Shown here one piece after another: positions 14,251 through 26,934 of a stretch of DNA of 64,000 bases (within the stretch, counting starts at the first letter, position 1; each line of letters begins with the position of its first letter). The position numbers and the translations under genes are program-made. This DNA comes from Octopus vulgaris. Its lineage: Eukaryota. The notes under the pieces were generated by a model. It searched no databases. It saw only the letters and a program-made list of their open reading frames with translations, and was not told where the DNA came from. The stretch spans positions 36,952,001 through 37,016,000 of the forward strand of contig OX597816.1 in NCBI GenBank assembly GCA_951406725.2, in the 5' to 3' direction.

Positions 14251-14815
14251 TTATAGAGGGGTCACACGATGGATGGATGGATGGATGGATGGATGGATGG
14301 ATAGATGGATGGATAGATGGATGGATGGATTTAATTTTCGATATGCAAATTAGGGACTCCAGCATAGAAATAAATAGTGTAATTTTTGAGTTTATATACC
14401 GGTTCTAATTTTTAGGTATGCAAATTAGGGACTCCAGCAAAGAATTTAATAGTGTACTTTTTGAGTTTATATACCGGTTATAATTTTTTGGTATGCAAAT
14501 TAGGGACTCCAGCTTAGAATTCACTAGTGTGCTTTTTGAGTTTATATACCAGTTGTAATTTTTCGATATGCAGATTAGGGACTCCAGCATAGAATAACTG
14601 CTGTATTTGTTGAGTATATATTGAGTTTATAGAGGGGTCAAACGATGGATGGATGGCTTTTATGATTTTTCGGTATGCAAATTAGGGACTCCAGCATAGA
14701 ATTCACTAGTGTACTTTTTGAGTTTATATACCGGTTATAATTTTTCGGTATGCAAATTTGGGACTCCAGCAAAGAATTAAATAGTGTACTTTTTGAGTTT
14801 ATTTACCGGTTATAA
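14250..14815. repeat. 75-bp tandem repeat (6 units) with (TGGA)n-containing leader repeated twice
   Basis: ATGCAAATTAGGGACTCCAGC or a close variant starts at 14343, 14418, 14493, 14568, 14675 and 14750. Confidence 0.95.
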
Positions 14816-15518
14816 GCCTGTTGAAGTACATTATATGTCTCTGTTGCAGACTTCCGAAATTGAAAGCAAAATTTCAAGTTATCTCTTACCTTCAACTTCC
14901 TGTCTATGATAACAATCACAAACTACAGCATACACGTGATCACAAAAACACAAATTTCACGAATCACGAAGTAATCACAGCAATGTCACTCGGCACTTTG
15001 CCTCATGAATGTCACTGCTAACTCTCACGGCTCACTCAGTCGTGTACTGCTTTAAGGCGGCGAGCTGGCAGAAACGTTATCACGCCGGGCGATATGTTTA
15101 GCGGTATTTCGTCTGTCTTTACGTTCTGAGTTCAATTTCCGCCGAGGTCGTCTTTGCCTTTCATCCTTTCAGAGTCGATTAAATAAGTACCAGTTACGCA
15201 CTGGGTTCGATATAATCGATTTAATCCGTTTGTCTGTCCTTGTTTGTCCTCTCTGTGTTTAGCTCCTTGTTGGTAGTAAAGAAATAGGTATTTCGTCTGT
15301 CTTTATGTTCTGAGTTCCAATTCCGCCGAGGTCGACTTAGACTTTTATCCTTTCAGGGTCGATAAATTAAGTACCAGTTGCGTACTGGGGTCGATCTAAT
15401 CGACTGGTCCTCTCACCCCAAATTTCGGTCCTTGTGCCTAGAGTAGAAAAGAATCGTGTACTGCTTTTTGTTGGCGCGCTACAGTACTAGTCCTGGAATT
15501 TTTTGATGCCACCTCGTA
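14816..15518 (-). mobile_element. Mariner, 5' half (TIR and HTH N-terminus), interrupted by a SINE
   Basis: Minus strand DRKLKVRDNLKFCFQFRKSATETYNVLQQA; TIR TAcgaggtggcatcaaaaaattccaggactagt, 25/33 identical to the 11728 TIR. Confidence 0.85.
15054..15453 (+). mobile_element. Full-length SINE family C with duplicated core and 14-bp TSD
   Basis: TSD TCGTGTACTGCTTT at 15040-15053 and 15454-15467; the core ggtatttcgtctgtcttta...aagtaccagtt occurs twice. The core resembles the Meta/MESC SINE domain as I recall it (not verified). Confidence 0.92.
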
Positions 15519-16186
15519 TTCCTTTCCATGAAATAAAGTTCTTAAAATCATTAGTAATCTTGAATAGCTCTAATTCTTTTGGATTCATCGGCACATCATA
15601 ACTCGGAACTTGAAGTTAATTAAGCTGAATTCATTTTTGTCTTCTTTATTGTAACAGCAGAGAACATGTAGAAATTGAGTGAGTTTTGAAATTAATTAAG
15701 CTAAATTCGCTTTTCCCCCTTTTTTAACAGTAGAAAAAACAGATAGTGACAGAAAAACTTCTTACATTCAGGTAAAATACATATTTAACTTAAAGTCAAA
15801 GATAGTCGTAAATAGTACCATTTCGTCGTTTTGGACTGGTCAACATAACATAAATCGGGACTTGTAATCAATTAAGCTAAAGTAGAATTGTGGAAGGTGA
15901 GTAGGTATTTATATAGTTAAGATGCTTATGTTGGAGGGACACCGGGTTGAGAATGATATAAAGTAAAATTGAATTAGAATAGATTCAGGATAAACTAGCT
16001 TAGAACCAAAAAGACAATAATTAAATATTAATTTTTGAGTAATAAAGTGAAAAGAAAAGGATAGATGCTTAATACTTAGTTATTTACAGGAGTAGATATT
16101 AGAAATCATTATATTGGAAACGGGGATATTTGATAAAATACATTGTTTCAGGTGAGAGAGCGAGGTGATATGCCATGCTATAGTGT

Positions 16187-16570
16187 GTGTGGAAGCACTC
16201 CGTCGGTTACGACGACGAGGGTTCCGGTTGATCCGATCAACGGAACAGCCTGCTTACGAAATTAGCATGTAAGTGGCTGAGCACTCCACAGACACGTGTA
16301 CCCTTAACGTAGTTCTCGGGGATATTCAGCGTAACACAGAGAGTGACAAGGCCGGCCCTTTGAAATACAGGTACAACAGAAACAGGAAGTAAGAGTGAGA
16401 GAAAGTTGTGGTGAAAGAGTACAGCAGGGATCACCACCATCCCTGCCGGAGCCTCGTGGAGCTTTAGGTGTTTTCGCTCAATAAACACTCACAACGCCCG
16501 GTCTGGGAATCGAAACCGCGATCCTATGACCGCGAGTCCGCTGCCCTAACCACTGGGCCATTGCGCCTCC
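16187..16570 (-). mobile_element. Full-length SINE family A with 12-bp TSD
   Basis: Reverse complement of 1677-2063; TSD A(T/C)GCTATAGTGT at 16175-16186 and 16571-16582. Confidence 0.93.
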
Positions 16571-16739
16571 ACGCTATAGTGTAATGACGTTGAAAGTGTG
16601 CTAGTATATATCCCCCTGTCACCACTAGTAATTTGAAGAAATGGAAAGAATATAAGAATGAGGAATAACTACCCGTAATATGATACATGGACTGGATATT
16701 GACTATGCGAAGATGGGGTCTCGGATTCGGAGACGCGTA

Positions 16740-17408
16740 AAGGCTTAAGTTTTACTTTAAACATTGAGAAGACAAATTCACTTTGTTCTTACCGAACTCT
16801 GAGAAAATAGAAGAATTTACTGCCATTAGGTTTGTCATGTGTTTGGATTCATTATCATTGATATATGTTATTTATATGTCGATGTGATACTCCTTGTAAA
16901 AGAGATACATAAAAAAAAAACAAGAATGTATCACAGCTGTTGAATCCTATAAAAATCCGATAAGAACTTCATATAAGGAGTATAGATAAATAGAATAAGT
17001 TAGCTTAAATTAAAGTAAAATAAAATAGCATAAAGTAAAGTGAAATAAAAGTATTTTTAACGTCATAAGAATTTATAAATCATAAATAGAAGGGGGGGGT
17101 GAATTGCTTCCTGTAATTGGTACCGGAAGTACAACAATGTGCTGTCGGGATGCAGGAAGAAATATACTGGCAATTTATTAAAACAGCTACAGTAATCTAA
17201 GTATTAATGAGGATAGACTTTGGCAAACAATAAACTAATGAATAAGGTCTTGCAAATTTTACTTTAAACATTGAGAAAACAAATTCAGTTCCTTGCTACC
17301 GAACTCTGAGAAAATAATAGAATACACTGCCATTAGGTCTGTCGTGAATTTGGATTCATTATCATTGGCATATGATATTTACATGTCGATGTGATACTTC
17401 CTATAAAA
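16740..17408. repeat. Diverged direct repeat of about 160 bp (16740-16900 and 17245-17408)
   Basis: ttttactttaaacattgagaa...taccgaactctgagaaaata...actgccattagg...ttggattcattatcattg...atgtcgatgtgatact is present twice. Confidence 0.85.
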
Positions 17409-17857
17409 TTTTTGTTGTTGTATTATTGACTTTAATGTATCCAGGTGTAGATTTGAATTTCTTTTTCTCTGTATATAATTCAGCTTATCGAGGACTGCTT
17501 ATTGTTTTCTTCTGCGTACACTATTTTCATGTAGGAGTACATCTGTTGAGCTTCATATCTACTAGAAATCTTCATAAAAGTTTCCAAGATATTTATCCAA
17601 AGCTGAATCAGGTTGGCTGATTCACAGCATTTTAACAGCATAACAAAAACTGAAAATTAAAATCTTGGTTGTTTTATATACGAACACTTCCAAATATGTT
17701 GCTTGCCGCTGGGCATCATTCCCCAACCATTCAAGTTTAAAACATATCTCTCTATAGGTGGTACCAGTTTTGCCATTGCTTATTCGAAGATATTTAAAGG
17801 AATTACAGCAATGTAAAGGAATTACAGCAAGAGTATGGACTTTAAAATCCACTCTCT

Positions 17858-18086
17858 CTCTTTACTCTTTTATTTGTTTCGGTCATTTGACTGCAGCCAT
17901 GCTGAAGCACCGCCTTTAGTCGAGCAGATCGACCCCGGGACTTATTCTTTGTAAGCCCAGTACTTATTCTATCAGTCTCTTTTGCCGAACCGCTAAGTGA
18001 CGGGAACGTAAACACACCAGCATCTGTTGTCAAGCAATGCTAGGAGGACAAACACAGACACACACACACATACATATATATATATA

Positions 18087-18128
<42 letters not shown>

Positions 18129-18285
18129 TACGACAGGCTTCTTTCAGTTTCCGTCAACCAAATCCGCTCACAAGGTTTTGGTCGGCCCGGGGCTATAGCA
18201 GGAGACACTTGCCCAAGATGCCACGCAGTGGGAGTGAACCCGGAACCATGTGGTTGGTTAGCAAGCTTCTTACCACACAGCCACT
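17858..18285 (-). mobile_element. SINE family B with internal (CA)n(TA)n
   Basis: tRNA-like head on the minus strand (gtggctgtgtggtaagaagcttgct...ggttccgggttcactcccactgcgtggca), internal microsatellite, tail gaaacaaataaaagagtaaa. Confidence 0.9.
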
Positions 18286-21200
18286 CTGTTGAGAAATTGC
18301 TGTAAAAAGAAGCATCTGTTGCAGTAGGGTATTCAGTATATTCTTCTCAAATGATACTCTCCGAATCAATGTCCATTTGACCTACAGCAGGAGCCACTTT
18401 ACTTTCTTCTCTCCATTACTTTTCCTTCTTTGTAAGGTATAAATTCGCCTGATGATACGGCAATGCTTTTACAACAGGATCATAATGCCACAGCCCAAAG
18501 GATGCTACAAGTATTGTGCCATTGTGCCCGGAATAATTAAAATTTACTGTTGATAAATTGTATGAGTGCATTAGGTATTGTGATAGCAAATTGTTGCATG
18601 CTTGGGTATGCTTGGCTATATGGAAAACAGAAAAAAAAACAATGGAAATCCCCTTCCTCTTTAATGTTGTGTCATCACTGCAACTGGCTTAGTTCAACAC
18701 AGATCTTTTAGGGTAAATATTGCAGCATCAGTTTCCTTGATGATGTATTTACAAATCTATTTGGTGCATTTGTTGAATTGTGTAACTCAAAATTGGTGTA
18801 TACATTAAAAGTTTCCCTCACGAGTGGGCAGTAGCAGCTATTCATTTGCGGCAATTTCGTACTGTCCATCCATTCCTTGGCGCTCTTCTTTTGTCAGCTC
18901 CTTTGTCAAATGGCTTTGGAAGTCATCGTGTGTTTTTATGATATCCATGCATAATAACTTCCTTTTGAAGGCTCATAGGCAACATGGGTTATACCAAAAT
19001 ACTAAATAGATCTCTCTCTCTCTCTCTCTTGCTAGGGTATAGAATATCAGTAGATATTATGAAATGAATTTGATTGAAGGGAACATATTTGGAAATCAGT
19101 TCAAAATGCATATGATTGAGAAATTAGCTTTTCCCGAGGCAATATTAATGGACACATTTATCAATAGATTCATACAAAGATGTATTTTACCATAGTTGTC
19201 ACACAGTTGCAAATTTTTCTAAAGGCAGAGAAGGAGTGGAAACAGAGAAATGAAAGCATGTAGCAAACAGCACGAGATTAACAAAGAGACTGAGAGAGAG
19301 CAGGAGAGAACAAATTGTTGAAAAAGTGAAGACGCCAAAAAGAAACAAAATAAAGACGCCATAGCGAAGAGAAACAAAAAAAAAGGGAAAAGCAAGGATT
19401 TGAATGAGGTGCAGAATGAAGAATAGAATTGTAAATTACATATATTCAGCACTATGGAGTGGAGAAGAGACATTATATAGGTGTGAGTAAATGACAATAA
19501 CATCTTGTTCAAAACCAAGTAATCAAATACCCTTCACTACAAAAAGTGGGTATCGATCAAATATTCTAGATTTCACCAAACACTGAAGCAATTCAAGTAT
19601 GACTACTTTATGAACTGAGGGTCTATGGATGCTAGCTTGTCAGAGCATATTTAGAATGTAGATAATATGACAATACATCGGCGGATGTCTTTTGGGAAAG
19701 CACTTTCTATGAGACACACAAAGGGTGTGGTTAAACTATACGCTAGAAATACCATGTTTTTTGGCAATATGGACATCTGCTGAGAATTATGACATCCAAT
19801 TAGTCCACGAATTAACAGAAGCCACTGCAAGTAAACATTCATAAAATGTAAGAATAATTTACCTCAGAAATACCAACAATTGATAACGCATCTGTGCAAT
19901 AGAAATTAATGGTATGTAACAGTGGTGTGAATAAGAGTGCGTAAAATATGTGTGAAAACTTCTAGGAACTTTTCTATCAAGCTTTAACATAATCAGGTCT
20001 ATCTTGACCAAGAACAAATGTTATAAAAACATCAAATCTACGCAGATATGTAGGGACGATCACAAAAATCAACGCTGAATATGGGGCAGGAACCTGACCT
20101 TAGATTTGCTTTCAAAACAAATATGTATACATGTACATATGCACATACTTATATAAATATGCATAATATATTAAATAAATGTATATGTAGTAAAACGTCG
20201 AGCCAACGATTTGAATTCTTCTCGAGGGGGAATCAAGTATTCGGCACTGACGAGCTGAAGTAAGAGCGAAATACCGATATTAGTTGTTCTTGTTCACCTC
20301 CGAAACGATTCGATCCGTCTAGCTTTTAACTCACTACGTCTTGAAAGGGACATTCCGGGACGAAATAGCGTAGCCAAAAATCGTTTCACAAAAAATATGT
20401 TTTACTCCATTTATGGCCCATATTTATTCAGAGATATTTAATTAACTTAAATTAAAATAAACGACTGTTCATTTCGCATACCGTGTAAACACAGTCCTTT
20501 TGTGTTTATTTTGAGTTTATTTGATCAATATAACAATAATTTACATTTCATTCCAGAGGTGTCGCCTGACAAGTTTTCGATTCGAGTCGATTTTGAAGCC
20601 ACAATCGATATGCCTGTATATACGTTTCTTAAAGCCTAGAAATGTGGCGAATACATCTACTCATTTCGCATTAACTTAGCTTCATAGATGTTATGCCTAA
20701 TCAATATGAGACACTTGTAATTTCCATTAATAATTATTAGGTAGAGTAGAATTGAAAATATGGTTTATACATTCCAAAGAAAATATTCTAAGGCGAATAT
20801 AAAGATATGGAATGGAAACAACAATTATGCAGTTTTATGCAGAAAGCTTTATTTAGCATAAACAATATTATATTTTAAATTTCTTTTTAGGTATAGAGAT
20901 ATTTAAAATGTCAGCGCTGTAAAGCTATTTATAGTAATATTGTAGGTGTGGAAATGACAAACGGGATTGTAACGAGATAAATCGAAATGAGTTGTTTTGA
21001 TATATTTTGCAACGTTCACAAATTCTATTATATAGGTGCCCCCAACATGGACACAGCTCCTGGCTGAGTCTACTAAAAGTAATTGTAGTGGAGTCAATCA
21101 AATAATAATATTTCTGCTAATATCTCTCTGTGAAGTTTTCAAATTATGAGATAGGCAAAATGCAATTTCAATTACAAATCAATCATTTATCATTTTTAGC

Positions 21201-22932
21201 TAAAAATATCAGACTTCATATTCAAAGCAATTACTGTTTAATGTTTCGTACACATTAGCTATCTTTGAAAAAAATCCTGATATTTCTTGTGATTTTTTTG
21301 TTTAAAACATAAATCCCTTACAATATAGAATAAGTAGGGTTTTTTCAAGGTGCACCTCCAAGTAAATTCATGGCACTGGTCCACCTTCATAGAAATAAAC
21401 ATCCTCAACTTTCTCACGTTCGTCTAACATTTACTATATGGCATAGAGTATGTTTTTCTAGGTTAGCTCCCTTTCACTCTCAGTTTCATCTCTCTAATTT
21501 CCCATTAGAATAGATAATTTATTGAGTGTAAAGGAAACAGAATAGTGTACAGAATATTGTACACGTTTCCTCGAAGATGAATATGTTTCCTAGAAAAAGG
21601 AGAGGACAGACAGCATCATAATGAATGTCAATTTAGTTCTTAAAACTAATCTAATGATTAAGATGGAACAAATGTAAATGTTTTGTGAAAATTGATTGTT
21701 TGGGAAATGAAAGGAACCAAATGTTAAACAGAAGAAAGTGCAATGTTCGCTGCGAGGATGTAAAAATTACATTCTTATTAGGTTTATTTGGTGCAAATTA
21801 CCTACAGGCAGACATTGTAGATATTGACAGTAACTATAGTTGCCGCAAAAGAAATAGAAATAAATGAAATCCTTCGAAGAAACCATGGCTTTTCATCAAA
21901 GCTGTCTTGTTACATTTACTTTCTTGAAGAGATTAAAAGTCCCTTTCAAAGCTAAAATATACTTTTAGACAAGCAATTAAGAACTATTTACAATAAGCAC
22001 TAATTAGCATTACTCTAACAACTATAATTGTATAAACGAGCTTCCAAGTGTTTGGTAGTCCTACGACGAATAGCAGTAAGTTTTCATTACATCACTCAAT
22101 GCCATCTAACAGAATGTATTGTATATTGGATAATATAGTCCGAAATAAAATAAAAAGAGATTTAAATGATCATAGATGGAATGCCTTTTATCATCGATCA
22201 ACTACATCAGGACTCGCCGAGGGTTAAACAATAGCAGTAACGACGATTATGGTGGTTAATAATAGCATAAATAACCAATTCAAATTGGTTTAATTAGCCA
22301 TAAACTTACTACGTACATTATCTCAAAACCTAGTCTCCCTAGCCACCTAACTTCTCTGAGGTGATTGTACCAATTCATCTCAAATCTCCAATATAGGACT
22401 TTCTTCAAATATTGAGATTATATAGCTTTATCTTGACATAAATGCAAGAATAATGTATATTCCTATTTAATAGATAACATTTACTTTTACTCGTGTTTTA
22501 TATTTGTATATCGTTGCTTTGTTAGGGTATAAATCATTTCAGATTGTAATTGAGATTTTAAAATATACTTGACAGTTTATCATTCCATTTCGTTTAGTTT
22601 TCTACTTTTATCATCTTTCTCTTCTTATGTGTAGGGACAGATCAGCAGAATGCATATTTCATGTATTTTTAATGCTAAATAACCAGATACAGCTAGATGG
22701 AAAACTATGTTCTTTATATCCCGTTTTATATACCACTGTACTTGACCTTGTACTTTTAATATGATTTTTTGAAGAAATGCAGTTTACAAAAAATGAGTAG
22801 GATATTAGATGCTTGCTTCAGTTATCAATTGACATGATTCCGTACATTTTCCTCTAAATCTATTCTCTTCAAAGAACTACATATATAATTATCCTTTTGA
22901 TAATTGTTTTCACAAGAAATATGATTTTTAGT

Positions 22933-22981
<49 letters not shown>

Positions 22982-23169
22982 ATCTCATTTACTTTCTTTT
23001 CTTTTTCCACATTATTTTAAATTTCTCTATTTAATTCCATCTTTGTCTCAATTTTCACCGCTTTTATCTTTTTCCAATTCTTGTCAATATTTTAACTTTC
23101 TCTTTCTTCAATATATATATTTTTATTTCAATCAGTAATTGGTCCCTACATCTATATGAACTCCTACAT

Positions 23170-24574
23170 CCCTTTTGTTTCACTGTGAATAACTTCCTAT
23201 TGTCCATGAATTCATATGCTCTATTAGCTATTATAGATGTTAATAGCTTATATATGGTGGTGATGCATGTTATGGGTCGGTATTTTGTGGGGTTAGTAGT
23301 TTCTTCTGTTTTCGGTAGGAGTTATATAATCCCTTCTGTAAGCCGCTTCGGGGCTTTCACAAGGTTGGACATGGCTTCATTGAGTGCTACAGCTAAGTTG
23401 TAGTGGGTGCTCATTAAAGAGTTTAATCAAAAATTTGGAATCTTGGGGATTTCCATTTCTTTGACTCAATTATTCAGTTGTTATATCCTCCCATTCTTGA
23501 TATTTGAGGTGGGCAGTGGCCTCTTCTATATCCCAAATGTGCAGTCTGATTAAACTCCTTTGGATTATTCCAAGTGCTATTCTAAAAATCTTCAGTTTGC
23601 TACTGGGGAGCATGTGTTTTCACAATAATGGTATTTTTCCCCAGTTCCCAATTTTTTTTTCTCTACTTTCAACTCAGAGCTGCGGCCATGCTGATGCACC
23701 GCCCTGTAGAAATATTTTGTATTCTTGAATAGTATGATTTGTCTATGGAATGCTGACTGTTTTTTGTATCTTGCCAGTCATTTGGTTTTTAATTATAGTT
23801 TTTGTTTGAAGATTTCGATCTGTGTATCCTTTGCTTAGTTTTCTTGTAGAGGTCAGGTTTAGCAATTATTCTTATTAGTTTGTCGGATTTATTAGTTTTC
23901 TCTTTGCTTACTGCAAGTAGAAAGGATATATCTGCTCATAGTTGGATTATTAGCCGGTTTATACCTTCCATCCGTGCAGGCTGTTTGTGTTCATTGCACT
24001 TTTTTGTCTATCTCTAATTTTAATACCGCATTTCTGAGTCGCAACCCAAGCAAATGAGTAAACGAGTTGATCAATCACTCCGAAGGCATTTTCTCTACTG
24101 TTCTCTAGGAGTTGTCATATCAGCTTTCCAAGTACTTGATCAACTTCTTTGATTACTTTTCTGTTCTTATTAGTATTAATAATTTGGGTGAGTGGGGCTC
24201 CTTCATGGAAAGGTTGATGTAGTTGTATTAGATATTGTTCTGGTATTCCATCTAACAGTTCATTGATGACATGATCATTTATAGTGTTTTTAGTACCAAC
24301 TGATGGTCCACCTTCATGGGGTTCTGTGTACTCAGTTTGCTGGTTTGGGTTAGGGATATTAGAGCTTTTTACCGGTGAGAATAAGTGAGTGTGTCTTATA
24401 CTGAGCTAACGTTTGACTGATCTGACTATTTTGTCATTTTCGCTGTCAGTCTTTTATTTTTTAGGATATCACGTCTCACAGCTCCTAGTTTATCACTGTC
24501 CATGTACTGCCTTCTAACTCCAGATATTGTAGGTCTCTTTTAGTGTGGTTGATGTTTATGGGTTTAGTGTTGAC

Positions 24575-24635
<61 letters not shown>

Positions 24636-24950
24636 TTCGATATATTCCTCTTTAGTCCATTTCTGTCTTGTATTTTATTACTTTGGTAGTTGGTTTGGTA
24701 GTTTATCCTGAGCGTCAGTTTCGGGAATATCCCTGGTTTGATTTGCTACAGGTTTTAGAGGAGGATGGTCCTGATTTAAAGACTTTTCGAGCTTAGTGTC
24801 AAAACCTAAGGTCACTGATGAACGCGTTCTTCGATCGACACGGGATCTAGGCGGTATTTCCATGGCTGGTATCAAGGGCCGTGCTATAAGCGCACAGGAT
24901 TAACTAGTTGTCGGATTCCTTGGATAAGGTTCAGAGGTCCCAAGCATCAT
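23170..24950 (-). mobile_element. Decayed 5' half of R4/Dong-like LINE up to the start of RT, with an internal (TAA)n
   Basis: Minus strand KYRPITCITTIYKLLTSIIANRAYEFMDNRKLF near 23200-23285; the upstream extent is approximate. Confidence 0.65.
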
Positions 24951-25056
24951 CATTTACCGGAGAAAAAAATATTTTGAGAAATTTTAAATTAGTTCGTGTC
25001 ATGAGCTGCCGCCTGAAAGGTGTTAAATGGCACGTCGACAGATATTGAATTGACAG

Positions 25057-25093
<37 letters not shown>

Positions 25094-25532
25094 CAGAGAC
25101 AGGTAGACGAAAGACTGAACCATCATGCATTCTCCAACTAGCATTACCTGCGAGCTATTTCCAGTAGGATGATGATGGCGTTGGCAGCAGCGGTGGTAAA
25201 AGTGGAAATGGGATTGTATATGTTCTGTCAGCAGGAGGTAAACGCTGTCGTATTTGTGTGTATGTCTCCAGGCAAATCACTATTATCATTGTTATTATTA
25301 GTAGCAGTAGGAGGAGGAGGAGGAGGAGGAGGAGGCAGTATCAGTAGGAGCAGTAGCGCGATCAGGAAGCAAAAGAAGTGTAGAAAAGTCTTGCGGTCCA
25401 CAGAGGCAAAGTATGTTTACTACTACAAGCGATCAATGTGAGCGCTGACCTTGGCCTTGCAAAGGGTCAACTCTCCTTGTCCTGTTTTAATTACAAATAC
25501 AAAAAAAATAACAGTAATAATATAACACACAG

Positions 25533-25563
<31 letters not shown>

Positions 25564-25695
25564 TATATATGTGTGTATATATATATATATTTCCTCTATT
25601 TTTTTAAAGTAGAGGAAATAGCTAAGGTTTTTGGGCTGCTATTTCTAAACTTCAGTGTGTGGTAAAGCAAATCTTTGCTGAACCCTAATTATAAA

Positions 25696-25735
<40 letters not shown>

Positions 25736-25749
25736 AGAGAGAGAGAGAG

Positions 25750-25985
25750 ATCTGTAAAAGTAATATGTGACAATTATTCAGTAGCCATGATAAAACTCCG
25801 AGTTTCGGATGCCGAGGTGAAAATCCACGCTGCCATCTCTTCAGTTATCCGGCCATCGGAACAAATCGGAGGTTTATCATGCCTACTGTATAATTGTAAC
25901 ATATTACTTTTACAGATAAATTCCTCTATTTACATAATACCGAGGTCTCTTTAATTCTTTTGTTGTCTTACCATTTTTATCAATA
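25750..25985. mobile_element. PLE terminal-repeat-like fold-back element (52-bp arms 25750-25801 and 25866-25917, plus one-sided tail)
   Basis: Inverted arms with 4 mismatches, microsatellite flanks, and a hammerhead motif inside. Confidence 0.8.
25789..25849 (-). ncRNA. Candidate type I hammerhead ribozyme with canonical core
   Basis: Minus strand GAUAA-CUGAAGA-[GAUG...CAUC]C-GAAA-CUC-G-GAG-UU-UUAUC: helix I GAUAA/UUAUC, intact CUGANGA and GAAA boxes, GUU cleavage triplet. Confidence 0.75.
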
Positions 25986-26476
25986 CACACACACACACAA
26001 ATATATCTTGATATTTACATCGCTGAATTTTTCTTACCTTTTTATAGGTTTCGCCGTGGTTTAGTTTTAGTAATTGTGCAGTTTGTATATATTGGCAGTT
26101 GTTTATCTGCTAAAGTTTCAAAGTTTTTAAAGATGGTCGTTTGTGTGTTCGGCCTGAGGGAACTGTAGTTTTCATGTACTAAAAGGATGTTTACATTTTC
26201 GAATACTCAGGAAAGGACAGATATTCACAGAAAGTTGTAGGTATCAAAGTTTTAAAGTTTTAAAAATGATCGTTTGTGTGTTCGGTCAGCGCAAATTGTG
26301 GATATGTAAGATTTTCAACTTGTTTTGAAGGAAATTTAAAATAATCACAAGAGATTGTAGATATGCTAGTTTTTTGAGAATTTTTTTTTTTTCAGCTGTT
26401 CAGCTGGGATGTATTAATGCGTCTGTGTATTCGGCTGTTATCTTGTCAGAGCAGTGAAAAAAGCTATTATTATTAT

Positions 26477-26526
<50 letters not shown>

Positions 26527-26934
26527 AATATTTCAAAACAAATATGTTTACCATATCTTTGCTGTTGTTATTTTCAAGAGAAGCGTTATAAAAACAATGA
26601 AAGCTATACGCTTCTCAAATAAACTAGGTTTTAAAACTATATATAAGAGTTTTTAAGCGCGTTTTCTTTCTAAATTAGTTGTTTTGATGTAGCATGATGA
26701 AAGAAATGGCAAAGATACTACAATGAGTTTCTCGAATAAAAACACTTTGTTTTCTTTTGCTTTTTTTTTAACTTTAAATAAATGTTTTTAAGGCTGCTTT
26801 TCATAATATTCTTTTAGAATATTTCAATATTCAGCGTTGTGATTATTCGATCTTTCATGTTTTCGGTAATCTGACTTTATGTCATTTGAATTTAACCTCC
26901 TCACTTTCGGTATGGCGCATTATTATTATTATTA

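Noticed and set aside
14330-14815. CRISPR-like repeat/spacer appearance
   Set aside because: The apparent spacers are homologous to each other, the context is eukaryotic, and there are no cas genes; it is a tandem repeat.
24815-24840. CTGATGA followed by the palindrome aacgcgtt
   Set aside because: No downstream GAAA box or helix I.
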